64,000 nucleotides of DNA, from NCBI RefSeq assembly GCF_963921235.1, contig NC_086107.1, forward strand, positions 113,772,001 to 113,836,000, given 5' to 3'. Positions 24,710 to 37,359 of this stretch are shown here, in pieces (positions within the stretch are counted from its first letter, which is position 1; the number at the start of each line of letters is the position of its first letter). The notes under the pieces were generated by a model. The model saw only the letters and a program-made list of their open reading frames with translations. It was not told the origin of the DNA and searched no databases. This DNA is from Mobula hypostoma (Eukaryota). A program made the translations under genes and the position numbers.

Positions 24710-25125
24710 CCTCTACCGCCCATCCAGCCACTGGTGCTTAGGGCAGCAATGAAGTTATGAAGGTCCTCCAGCTCTGATGGTGTTCAAATGTTCCTTCATT
24801 GTGTCACTAGCTCGGTTTTCACCACTGTCACTCATGCAAGCCCCGGGTGGAGACTCAGGAATACCGTCACACTCAGATGTAGAAGGATTCTTCATTGCTG
24901 TTTCCACAACAATTTTGCTTGACCAGTCAGGGTTGTTAACCCTGAGCTGAACCCCCAAACCTGGAGGACTGGTGGACCACTCTTAGTCTGGCCTCTACCC
25001 TTTGACCTGTTTGGCATGGGTGACCCTACCAAGAGCCAAAGCATAAAGCCCTGACTCCAGCCGACATGGCTCTCCGGGTCACTGAGGCACACAAGCTTCC
25101 AAACCCAACGACAAGGCTGTGCTCC
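24710..25125 (-). mobile_element. Non-autonomous bipartite RTE-derived element
   Basis: An RTE-like 5' region is joined to a 3' end resembling R..WR.F.AAL. Related copies at 4547-4690 and 49520-49810. Confidence 0.55.
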
Positions 25126-25474
25126 TCTTGGAGGTGTTATCATTTACACATTTTTTAGCAGCTCTTTGCAATTTATAGTTTTATTCTGCACTGCAATGTT
25201 CTGCTGCTACAGAACAACAAATTTCACAACATACAGTGTGCCAGAGATATTAAATCTGATTATGATTATGCTCATATTTATGTGAACAGACACATTACTT
25301 GCAGAGCCACCCCACGCCCTTATCTTGGCCTCCCTGACCACATCTCTGTAATGTTAATCCCAGCATGAAGACATCTGCTGAAAATGTCAATCATTTCCTT
25401 GGAGCCATAGAGAGATTGAAAATTACAGCACAGAAACAGGCCCTTCAGCCTATCTAGTCCTTGCTGAACCAGAA

Positions 25475-25905
25475 AAGAAAGGTTGAACAAGTTGGGTCTT
25501 TATTCTTTGGAACATAGAAGGTTGAGGGGGGACTTGATAGAGGTATTTAAAATTATGAGGGGGATTGATAGAGTTGATGTAGATAGGCTTTCTCCATTGA
25601 GAATGGGGGAGATTCAAACAAGGGGATATGAGTTGAGAGTTAAAGGGCAAAAGTTTAGGGGTAACATGAGGGGGAACTTCTTTACTCAGAGAGTGGTAGC
25701 TGTGTGGAACGAGCTTCCAGCAGAAGTGGTTGAGGCAGGTTCGATGTTGTCATTTAAAGTTAAATTGGACAACTATATGGACAGGAAAGGAATGGAGGGT
25801 TATGGGCTGAGTGCAGGTCGGTGGGATTCGGTGAGAGTAAGAGTTCGGCACGGTCTAGAAGGGCCAAGATGGCCTGTTTCCGTGCTGTAATTGTTATATG
25901 GTTAT
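25475..25905 (+). mobile_element. CR1 LINE 3' fragment
   Basis: LGLYSLEHRRLRGDLIEVFKIMRG...NFFTQRVVAVWNELP. Confidence 0.88.
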
Positions 25906-26451
25906 ATTTAATCCACCTATTCCCGTCGACCTGCACCGGGACCATAGCCCTCCATAACCCTCCCATCCATGTACCTACCCAAACTTCTATTAAACGTTGA
26001 AATCAAGCTCGCGTGCAGCACTTGTTCTGGCAGCTCATTCCACACTCTCACGGCCCTCTGAGGAAATGGTAGTAAGCAATCTTGAGTTTCCTTCGTATTC
26101 AGGAGATCCATTGATCCTCTCTCCGTGGTTCCGTGTCTGTCGTACCTCTGGGGTACAGTTCCAAAGGTTTGTAGTCCTCCACATTAGGAAATCTCTCTGC
26201 ATGGGACTTTCCCTGCCCCGCACTCGTGGATGTTCTTTGGCGTGGTAGCGTAACGCTTTAGAGTGCAAACGATTGGGTTTCAATTCCTGCCGCTATCTGT
26301 AAGGAGTTTGCGTGTTCTCCCTGTGGGTTTCCCTCCGGGAGCTCTGGTTTCCCCCCACACTCCAAAGGCGTACAGATGTGGGCACGGTATGCTGGCACCA
26401 GCAATGTGGCGAAGCCCAGCATATCCTTGGACTTTGTTGGCCGCTGACACA

Positions 26452-26825
26452 AATAGAATAGTACAGCACAGTACAGGCCCTTCAGCCCACAATGTTGTGC
26501 TGACCCTCAAACCCTGCCTCCCATATAAGCCCCCACCTTAGATTCCTCCATATACCTTAAACTTCACTAGTGTATCTGCTTCCACCACTGACTCAGGCAG
26601 TGCATTCCACGCACCAACCACTCTCTGAGTAAAAAACCTTCCTCTAATATCCCCCTTGAACTTCCCACCCCTTACCTTAAAGCCATGTCCTCTTGTATTG
26701 AGCAGTGGTGCCCTGGGGAAGAGGCACTGGCTGTCAACTCTATCTATTCCTCTTATCATCTTGTACACCTCTATCATGTCTCCTCTCATCCTCCTTCTCT
26801 CCAGAGAGTAAAGCCCGAGCTCCCT
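26452..26825 (-). mobile_element. Young CR1 3' fragment, same subfamily as 6100-6750
   Basis: RRRMRGDMIEVYKMIRGIDRVDSQCLFPRAPLLNTRGHGFKVRGG. Confidence 0.9.
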
Positions 26826-28932
26826 GTATATCACATACTTCACTGTATATTTTGATGTACCTGTGATAAATAAAGCTAATCTTTTTACTGTATATCCCTG
26901 TCTCCCTCCAGTCCTCCTTCCCACTCCATCTCCAGATATCATGGCTTCTTTCTCACTCAAGAGATCTAATGATCCTCCCCTCCACAGGGAAGTGTCTGTA
27001 TTCCCTCTGGGGTACCATTCCAAAGACTCACAGCCATCTACGTGAGGAAATTTCTCTGCATCTCAGTCCTCACTGGCCCATCAGTACTGGGAGTGAGACC
27101 TGTAAGAGCTGGACTTTCTAGAAGTGGCTTCTCAGCGTGCAGCCGACCAGTCCCACTCAGATCCCTAGTGAAGGACAGAGCACTCTCTCCTGTGGAACAC
27201 GTTGTAAAGTGTTACGCTGGCTGCTGTACTATCCTGCAGCCCACTGGCTGCTGTACTATCCTGCAGCCCACGTTAATGAGGGACTTTCTCATAGGCTTTC
27301 CCCATGGATTATAGTGAACACAAGTTACGGGTGCATAGAGTTGTAAAGAAAGCTTTTGGCACATTGGCTTTCAAAGATCAAAGTACTGAGTACAGGAGAT
27401 GGGATGCTGAAATTGTATAAGACATTGATGAGGCCTAATTTGGAGTATTGTGTGCAATTTTGAAAGAGTACAGTGAAAATGTACAAGGATGTTGCCAGGA
27501 CTGAAGGACCTGAGTTATAAGCAAAGATTGATTAAGTTAGGACTTTATTCCTTGGAACATAGAAGACAGAGGCGAGATTTGACAGATATATACAAAATTA
27601 TGAGGGGTATAGATAGGGTAAATGCAAGAAGGTTTTTCCACTGAGGTTGGGTGGGACTACAAGGGGTCATGAGTTAAGGGTAAAAGGTAAAAAGTTTAAG
27701 GGGAACATGAGGAGAAACTTCTTCGCTCAGAAGGCTATGAGAGTGTGGAATGAACAGCTAGCACAAGTGGTGCTTGCGAGCTCGATTTCAATATTTAATA
27801 GAAGTTTGGATAGGTACCTGAATGGGAGGAGTACAGCGGGCTCTGGTAGTGGTGCAGGTTGATGGGAGTAGGCAGTTTAAATGGTTCAGCATGGACTAGA
27901 TGGGCCAAAGGGCCTGTTCTGTTCTTTCCTATGACTCCATGACAAGCTGCCGGAGAGGGCACTTGTAGAGAATGGTAAAACTTGCCGGCTGAAGGAGACA
28001 GAATTGAGAGGATGCAGCAGAAATCCTAGACTTGCAATTATGTCGTTGCTGAATAACCGAGCTGTGCCAACTTACACTCCTTCCTCAGCCGCACTTTACT
28101 TACTTGTGCACAAGGAGAACAGCATGGCCCCTCTCAACAAATGGTTCTGAAGTCTGAACAAAGAAAAGCCATTTTTATACGGAAATTGACCAGTTGTACA
28201 CAGACACTGACCAATCGGTAACCCTGGTCCCTGTCACCAGACGTTTCTGAAGCTTAAACAAAGACATGTAATTTTTAAACAGAAATTGGCTAGTTGTACA
28301 TGAAACCTGATCCAATGGAAACTTTGTGCATTTCTGAATCGCCACTGTTTGCTTGTTTAAATACCAATCATAGTACGTATCGCAGCTGCATGTCGAAGGC
28401 CAATAATTGAGAATTTATGAAGTAACTGCCCAATAGGATTATCCTTTAGTTTGCAACTTTATCTTGCCTTGCTCTGCTCGGTATCCGTGGTTCCCAGGCT
28501 TGAACAGAAAGGCTGTACAAGGATTAGGCGTTCAAGGGCAAAGTTCAGCCTAGATGACTGTACTGCATCAGCACTCTGTGTCTGTCAGCTTATCATCTTA
28601 CCTATTGCTTTTGTGACTTTCCACACAGAGCATCTGCACTCTGTTCTGTTCGCACAGCATTTTGACCCTTGCATTGCCGCAGCCTCCATGATTACAGTGC
28701 AGCAGGCAGGTGTAGATGGCTGGGGATGGGGCTGCAGGTGGACGGTGGTCTGGGACCTGACCCAGTGAGGTAGGTCAGCACAGGAGGATGGACATGTCCA
28801 AGTGGGTGCACTGAAGGAGGACAAAACTGGGAGTGAATTCATCCACCCGGCTGCCCGGCCCACGCAGTTGGTGAGGACCGTCGGAACATTTGCCCGTCCC
28901 ACTGTCTAATCCTGACCTTCCTTTCCTTTCAG

Positions 28933-28972
28933 AGACAGGAATTACAGTTGTTGCAAACATCAGAGTTTCCAG
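28933..28972 (+). CDS. CARD10: CARMA-family gene, exon 8 (40-nt linker microexon)
   Basis: Strong acceptor ctttcctttcag| and donor |gtgagt, phase 0-1. RQELQLLQTSEFP; compare CARD11 ...KRTSDFQ (recalled). Confidence 0.75.
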
Positions 28973-30231
28973 GTGAGTCTTTGATCGTCAGCGACCACAC
29001 GGTGTGGTGCTTTCGCGGTAGGACTGAACCGGTGTTAATACACAGTCTAGGTTATTCAATATTAGTACATCTCTTTATATTAACATGAACAGGGATTGTC
29101 AATAAAACTAATCCAAAGTGTCACACACAGAATGCTGGAGGAACTCAGAAGCTCAGGCAGCGTCTATGGAAATGAACAGAGAGTCCTGATGCGGCCTCAA
29201 CATTGGTTACACCCGTCGTAAATTGGGGGACCTCCGCTCAATCCACCACAGACGGGAATTCCCAGTGGCCAAACAGTTTAGTTCCCATTCCCATTCCTGT
29301 TCTGTCGTGTCAGCCCATTGCCTCCATTTGTACCAAGATGAAGCCACCTTCAGGGTGGAGGCAACAACTTATATTCCAGCAGGGTAGCCTCCAACCTGAT
29401 TGCATTAATATCAATTTCTCCTTCCGGAAAACAAATCCCCCCCCCACCCATCTCCTCTATTCCCCACTCTGACCTTGTACCTCTTCTCACTTGCCTATTA
29501 CTTCACCCTGGGTTCCCTTTCTCCCATGGTCCACTCTCCTCTCCTATCAGATCCCTTCTTCTCCAGCCCTCCACCCACCTGGCTTCACCTATCACCTTCC
29601 AGCTAGCCTCCTTCCCCTGCCCCTCCTTTCTATTCTGGCATCTTCCCCCTTCTTTCTCAGTGCTGAAGAAGGGTTTCGGCCCGAAACATCGACTTTTTAT
29701 TCATTACCATAGATGTTGCCTGACCTGCTGAGTTCCTCCAGAATTTTGTGTGCGTTTCTCTGAATTTCCAGCATCTGCAGACTTTCTCATGTTTATAATA
29801 CACAATGTAATTTTAAAGCAGTAATTATTATAATGAGATAATGTTGCCACTCCATGAAACTGTGGTTAGACCACATTTGGAGTATTGTGTTCAGTTCTGG
29901 TCATCCCATTATAGGAAGGATGCGGAAGCTTTAGAGAGGGTGCAGTGGAGATTTACCGGAATTCTGCCTGGATTAGAGAGTTTTTCTTCAAGTCAAAGTC
30001 AAAGTAAAATTTATTATCAAAGTACGTACATATGTGCTGTCGTGCCACCTTGAGTTTCGTTTTCGGAAGGCATTTACAGGAAAATAAAGAAATACAATAG
30101 AATTTATGAAAATTATACATCAACAATGGCAGACAAACAATGTACAAAAGAAGACAAAATTGTGCAAATAAAATCATAAATTGTACTGAGAACTTGGGAT
30201 GTAGAGTCCTTGAAAGTTCAGAGTTTTTATT

Positions 30232-33200
30232 GTTTTCTTTCTTTTCTCTTTTCAAATCTTTTTATTATTATTATTATCCAAAATTAACAGGAGTGCATCG
30301 AAGTAGGCAACACTTACATTGTCTCAGGAAAAACAAAACATTGTTTTAAAGATTGAAAAAAAATTGGTGATAAAAAAAACCCTACTACACAAGGAAAAGT
30401 GAGGAAAAAAACCCCCATTAGGTGTTCAACCCCGGAGCCATGCGTCATACAAAAAGCTTCTAAAGATAAACATCAAACCACCAGCAAGAAAAAAATGTAC
30501 CAAAAATTTACAATTAGATCGTGGAGGAAATCTGCCAATTAACTCAAATGATAGTAACAAGCAAATGAACCTCATCTCTCCTTCGTCAAATAGTAACGAT
30601 GTACAATTTTAAATTGAATCAGTGAATGACTAGCACAGATCGAAGAAGAGTTAACCAACTTCAGAATCCGCGTCCAGTCCTCCGTCATAAAAGTCAAATT
30701 AAGTTCCTTTTCCCAATCTTGTTTAATCTTAAATAAAGGACGCTTATCCCATTGTAATAGTAAATTATAAATTCTTCCAATGGAACCCTTCATCAAAGGG
30801 TTCATACTCATAATAGCAGACATCCCACCTCTCCCGGAAGTTCCCGGAGTCTCCCGCATATTAATAGTGGCTCCCTGATGCCCGCAAATTATATACAATA
30901 TCACGGAAATCAATTTTTTTGAGAGAGAGCGCGCAAGAGAGAGCGAGAGAGTGAGCACAAGAGCAAGAAAGCAAGCACGAGTGAGAGCGACCACGAGAGA
31001 GAACGTGAGAGCGCGCGCGAGAGAGATCGAGAGAGCGACAGCAAGAGCAAGAAAGCAAGCGCGAGAGCGAGCGTGACAGTGGCCACGAGAGAGAGAGAGA
31101 GAGCGCGCACGAGAGAGAGAGAACGCGCGTGAGAGAGAGAGAGCGAGAGCAAGATCAAGAGCGAGAGAGTTCCAAAAAAAAGTCAGAGTGGCAGAGTGTT
31201 CCAAAAAAAGAAAATATTAAACGTACGTAACCCCAGACTACACTAAAGTGTACCCCTGCCTAATAGGGGTCAAAAATAACAACAGTGTTGCTCGCTGCAC
31301 TGTTTGCAACAGTGACTTTTCTATTGCCTGTGGTGGGTTAAGACTGTAAAAGACATGTTGAGGTGAGTTTAACAGTCATTCGTTCATTAGCATAGCTAAC
31401 GTTATTTAAACTAGCTGGCTCGCTGCTCAGGAGCTACTCTATTGCAGACATCCCACCTCTCCCGGAAGTTCTGGGAGTCTCCCGCAAATTGATGGTGCTA
31501 CCTCCCTGAAATGAGTTTTTGCAGCGTGGGATGTCTGTAATAGCATCTAACAGGTTGGCATCCAATATGTGAGGAAAATTACGTAAATATTTTTGTAAGA
31601 AATGTCTAACTTGAAGGTATTGTAAAACGTGTGAGTATGAAAGAGAATATTTATCAACTAATTGTTCAAAAGACATCAGTCTATCTTCTTTAAATAAATC
31701 CAAAAAAGAATTAATACCTTTATTTTTCCAAAGTAAAAAAATTGGATCACTCAAAGAAGACTTTAAAAAGTAATTTCGATAAATTAAACTACAAAGTTTA
31801 AATTTTTTAAAATTAAAAAATTACGGAACTGGAGCCAAGTTTGTAAAGAATGCTTAATCACAGAGTATAAATTTAAATTAGCAACTTTAGCTAAATGTAT
31901 AGGTAAAGCAACTCCCAATAATGAGGTTAAATAAAACTATTTCACAGCTTTCAATACCAAGTCTACCCAAATTGACCGATCGTTCTTATAACCCAGTGTA
32001 ACCAAAAGGACATGTATCGCACATTAACAGACCAGTAATACATTCTTAAATTAGGCAAAGCAAGACCTCCATCCTTTTTCAACTTCTGTAAGTGATATTT
32101 ACTAATTCTTGGTCTTTTATTATTCCAAATAAAAGATAAAATAATAGAGTCAATCCAATCAAAAACTTCTTAGTCAGAAATACAGGGATATTCTGAAATA
32201 AATATAAAAATTTTGGTAAAATTATCATTTTAACTATACGGATGCGACCAGCAAGTGAAAATGTCAGTGGGTTCCATCTACGAAGTAAATACTTCATAGA
32301 ATCTACCAAGGGAACAAAATTAGCTTTGTAAAGATCCTTATATTTTTTAGTGATTATAACACCTAAATATCTAAAGGAATCCGTGACTTTGAAAGGAGTA
32401 TTATCATATATAGAAAGAGATTCATTTAAAGGAAACAGTTCACTTTTACTAAAATTTATTTTATGTCCTGAAAAATCTCCAAATTCATTAAATAATTTTA
32501 GCAAGGCAGGAATAGATTCTTCGGGATTGGATATATAAACCAGTAAATCGTCAGCGTAAAGAGAAATCTTATGAATGGTCTTATTCACAAAAACCCCATA
32601 ATTATCTTTAGCTTCACCAACAGCAATAGCAAGGGGTTCTAGTACTGTATTAAATTAAATAACAAAGGACTTAATGGACAACCTTGTCTTGTCCCCTGTG
32701 AAAGCTGAAAAAAGGGGATCTACAGTTATTAGTAATAACAGTAGCAATAGGAGTTTTATATATCATTCTAATCTAATTATTAAAATTAACACCAAAGCCA
32801 AAATTCTCTGAAACATTAAATAAATATTTCCATTCTACTCGATCGAACACTTTTTCAGCATCTAAAGAGACGACGCATTGTGGAGTTTTAAAAGAGGACG
32901 AATATATAATGTTAAATAATCTCTGAATGTTTGAAAAAGAATAACCACCCTTTATGAAGCCTGTTTGATCTTTAAAAATAATTTTACCCAAAATATTCTC
33001 CAACCGATTGGCCGTTATCTTTGACAGAATCTTAGCATCAACATTCAATAATGAAATAGGTCGAGATGAGGCACAAACAGTAGGATCTTTATCCTTTTTA
33101 AGAATTAAACAAATAGAAGCCTCATAAAAAGTAGAGGGTAAATCACCTTTCACAAAAGAATTCTTAAAGATTTCCAACATATATGGAGAAAGCAATTTTC

Positions 33201-33948
33201 CAAATTTTTTATAAAATTCCACAAGATAGCCATCAAGTCCAGGGGCTTTACCAGATTGCATTGAAAAAATAGCTTTATGAATTTCGGCTTCAGTGATTTG
33301 GGCATCAAGAGTTTTTTGATCCTCAACAGAAATTTGAGGAAAAGCAATCTTTTCCTAAGAAAGCATTCAGTTTAGAAGAATCTACTGGACATTGAGATTT
33401 ATAAAGTTCAGTATAAAAATCTTGAAAAATCTTATTAATTTCTTCTTATTCCCAAGCCAGGATACCATCTTTCCTACGGATTTTCAAAATTTGCCTTTTG
33501 GCTCTAGCCGTTTTTAATTGAGATGCAAGCAGTTTGTTATTTTTATCTCCAAACATAAAATTGGCTCTTTAGCTTAAGCAAGTAGCCTTCAATGGGATGA
33601 GTTAATAATAGATTATATTGTGATTGAAGTTCCACCCTTTATTTGAATAAATCAGTATTAGGGGAGATTGCATAAATATTAACTAAGTCTTTAGTTTGTT
33701 TTGAAACCTTATCTAATTCTACTTGAGGCTGTTTTTTAAGCTGAGCTGAATAAGAAATGATCTGACCATGTAAAAATGCCTTAAATGTACCCCATATGAT
33801 TAATTTAGACGTACCCCCATATTATTAAAAAGAAAAAATTATTTTATCTGGGTTTCAATGAAGCTGACAAAGTCAGAGTTCTGCAATAATGTCTGAGACA
33901 TGCACCATGGTGGGTGGGCAAGGATGACATCATCAAATTCGAAAGACA
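30232..33948 (-). mobile_element. 5'-truncated L1-clade LINE (ORF2 RT), disrupted
   Basis: KAPGLDG...RPISLLNVDAKILSK...DQTGFIKG...SLDAEKVFDRVEW...SLYADDLLVY. A-rich tail at the low-coordinate end. TSD AGAGTTTTTATT at 30220-30231 and 33949-33960. Confidence 0.9.
30817..31537. mobile_element. Non-autonomous DNA transposon (hAT-like), 12-bp TIR, 6-bp TSD
   Basis: CAGACATCCCAC...GTGGGATGTCTG, flanked by TAATAG on both sides. Excision restores the L1 frame LLDAIMSMNPLMKG. Internal (GA/GC)n tract. Confidence 0.85.
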
Positions 33949-34819
33949 AGAGTTTTTATTCTTTTATTGTTGAGCTACAGCGCCGAGTTCCAGCCCTTCG
34001 AGCCGCACTGCCCAGCAAGTTCCCTGATTTAATCCTAGCCTAATTATGGGACAATTTACAATGACTAATTAACCTACCAACCGGTATGTCTTTGGACTGT
34101 GGGAGGAGACTGGAGCACCCGGAGGAAACCCACATGGTCATGGGGAGAACGTACAAACTCCTTACAGGCAGCGGTGGGAATTGAACCTGGGTCACCTGTG
34201 CTGGCCACTACACTGCCATGCTGCCCTGTGCTGAGTGAAGTTGCCCGCACCGGTTCGGGATCCTGATGGTTGTAGGGTAATAACTGTTCCTGGACCTGGG
34301 GAGCCTTATGAAAATAAGTCGAGTAAGCTAGGGCCTTTCTCTTTGGAACAAAGGTGGTCGAGGGGCGACTTGATAGAGATGTATAAGATGCTAAGAGGCA
34401 TAGATTGAGAGGGCACTCAGAGACTTTTTCCCAGGGCAGAAATGGCTAATATGTGGGGGCATTGTTTTAAGGTGATTGAAAAGATGTATAGATGGCCTTT
34501 TCACACCAAGAGTGGTGAGTGTGTGGAATACACTGCCAGGGAGGGTGGTAGAGGCAGATACATTAGCAGCAGTTAAGAAACCCTTGGATGGGCGCATGGC
34601 CGAAAGAAAAATGGAGAACTGTGCAGGAGGGAAGGGTTAAATTGATCTCAGAGTAGGTAAAAAGTCAGCAAAAGATCCTGGGCTGAAGGGCCTGTACTCT
34701 TCGATCTTCTGTTTTCTATGAATGGACCCAGTTATTGATGGTGGTGAGACATTAAGGCACAATCTGTGATCTAAGGAAAGCCTTACATTTCTATATCACC
34801 ATCCACATTCATTTTCAGA

Positions 34820-35130
34820 GGCCCTTTTTTTACAGAAATTTACATATGTTTATTCACTAACAAAATACATATGATAATCAGGGGTTCACTAAACTATTTG
34901 CAATTGCAAATTAAAATTTGATTTCTATTAACTACGAACCATACAAGCCCCTGTGGTGGGCCACTGTTCTTGGAATTCTGCCACTGTGCCCATAGACACT
35001 GCGTGCTCCTCCTCCAAGGTCACCCGGGCACAGACGTAACCCTGGAGGAGGGGCAGGCAGTCTGCCTGGGCAAAGCCCACAATTGTCCAGCACCTGCACC
35101 CGTGAATAGTTCCAGAGGCCCTTTGCCGCA
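34820..35130 (-). mobile_element. Tx1-clade LINE 3' fragment
   Basis: ADCLPLLQGYVCARVTLEEEHAVSMGTVAEFQEQW resembles the Tx1 ORF2 C-terminus. T-run at about 34825. Confidence 0.6.
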
Positions 35131-36538
35131 GTTGCTGTTGCAACTGGAAATGTAGCAGTCAAATTGTGCATAGCGAGATCCCACACCAAGTGTTGTGAGA
35201 GTGATCAGATACCCTGGAACTATGAAAGAGGGGCAAATATTGGCCTCAGCTGGGGACTTTTCCAATAGTTTCAAAATCTTTTGTATCTTCCTGAGAAAGA
35301 TGGGGAGTATTAACACAAAATATCCCCAACCCTCCCTCCACTGCCCCCCTTGCATTACAAGATTCTCACCGTACTACAGTTAGCTGTCAGCATAGATGTT
35401 TGTGGAAGCAGAGAGATTTGAGCCCACAGCCCCACAGATTCAAAGGTCAAAATGAGCTACACCAGGAAATTGACACATTGCATGCAACTCCCACCTGACT
35501 GAAATCTCCGCTGAGGTCAGTGGTGTCGCTTCAAGAGGGAAACACAACTGATGTTCCTTCAGCTCCGACAGGGGTTTGGGGTTAGGTGTGATCCCGTGTT
35601 TGCCCGGATCCTGATGGGCTGAAAAGCTATCTTGAGTTTCCACAGAAATCCAGAGAATCTAGAGAAATTCAGTAGGAGGGTCAATCCAGAGAAAGATAAT
35701 CTTACTGAAACCACAGCACAGAACAGAAAATTGTGCAGCAGATAAAGCAAGTTAGTGTTGTAGAGGGCAGCTTTGGCTGAAAATCACACCGGCTACAGGA
35801 GAGCAGTGTCCATCACCGAGGACACTCACCAGCCATGCCACACTGGCTTCTCATAGCTGTCATCAGGAAGGGGGTAGAGAAGCCTCCGGTCCCACACCAC
35901 CATGTTGAAGAACAGTCTTACCCTTCGACCATCAGGTTCCTGATCCGGCGTGGAAAACTTCACTCACTCCCACAGTGAACTGATTCCACAATCTATGGAC
36001 TCACACTTAAGAACTCCACAACTCTGTTCTTCATATTTATCGCTTTATTCCCTTTTATTTTGCATTTGCAGTTTGTTGTCTTTTACACATTGGTTGTTTC
36101 TCAGTCTCGTGTGTAGTTTTTCTTTGATTCCATTGTGCTTCTTTGTATTTATTGTGAATGCCCACAAGAAAATGAATCTCAGGGCAGTGAATGGTGACAT
36201 GTATGTACTTTGGTAATAAATTTACTTTGAATGTTTCAGAGCTCCTGTTCAGGTAGAAAATGTTGAAGGAACTCAGCAGGTCAGTCAGCATCTACAGACA
36301 GGTATAAAGAGTCAATTTGTGGACCAAGTTCCTCCATCATGCTTATTCCCCTCCGTAGATGCTGCCTGACCTGCTGTGTTTTCCCAGCATTTTGTGTGTG
36401 CTGCTGAAGGTTTCCAGCGTCTGCAGAATTGCGTGTGTTTATGAACTACTGTTCACATAGTGACTGAGCAGACCTAACCAACTGGGGTCAGGCTAATTGC
36501 ACTCCCACAGCAGTGATTTCTGTCCTTCTGATTCACAG

Positions 36539-36570
36539 AGAGTGAATGCGGTGAAGGAACGTCTGTGATG
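36539..36570 (+). CDS. CARD10: CARMA-family gene, exon 9 (32-nt linker microexon)
   Basis: ctgattcacag|...|gtatgt, phase 1-0, ESECGEGTSVM. Bridges the phases of exons 8 and 10 exactly. Confidence 0.7.
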
Positions 36571-37240
36571 GTATGTCTCTTCTGATTTTAGCATGAAACC
36601 GCTTTGCGGGCAGCAACACATCGGGTTCACCTCTGCCACTTCACCTTGACTTTCTCCTTAATACTCGTTGTGGCCCTCACACATTACTGTCTACCTGCAC
36701 TGTACTTTTTCTATAACTAGTGGAAAAAGCATTGGGGAGGAACCTGGGTCACCTCACTCTGGTGCCTCTCCTCCTTCTCTTTCTCCCATAGTCCACTCTC
36801 CTCTCCTATCAGATTCCTCCTTCTTCAGCCTTTTATCTCTTCCACCTATCACCTCCCAGCTTCTCACTTCATCCCACCTACCCACCTTCCCCCTCACCTG
36901 GCTTCAGCTGTCCCCTGCCAGCTTGTACACCTTCCCCTCCTCCCCACCCTCTTATTCTAGCTTCTTCGCCCTTTCCTTTCCAGTTTCAGAACAAAACGTT
37001 GACTGTTAATTCATCTCCATAGATGTTGCGTGACCTGCTGTGATCCTTTCACGTTTTGTGTGTGACCCTTAACCCATTTGTGCTTTTATTAATAACTCCA
37101 CGCTGCTGACTCCCGGGATCCAGGAGAGGGGAGGGGAAGCCTTTCCTTCACTTCTCTCACTCCAGATAACAAATTGCCATTAAAAGTGGACATGGCAGAA
37201 TGGGCTTACGCTGTTGTCCCTTCTCCTTTCTCTGTTGCAG

Positions 37241-37359
37241 GAAGTCCTCTGGCTGGACATCGAAAATGACCAGAACATCAACAGGTTCTCAATGATTCCC
37301 TTCCCACCTTGCAAGGCATCTTTGATGCGACGGATTAGAGACGAGGAACTCAGTAGCAG
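37241..37359 (+). CDS. CARD10: CARMA-family gene, exon 10 (linker)
   Basis: tctgttgcag|...|gtaatg, 119 nt, phase 0-2. EVLWLDIENDQNINRFSMIPFPPCKASLMRRIRDEELSS resembles CARD10 EINRLSILPFPPSAGSILRRQREED (recalled). Confidence 0.88.
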
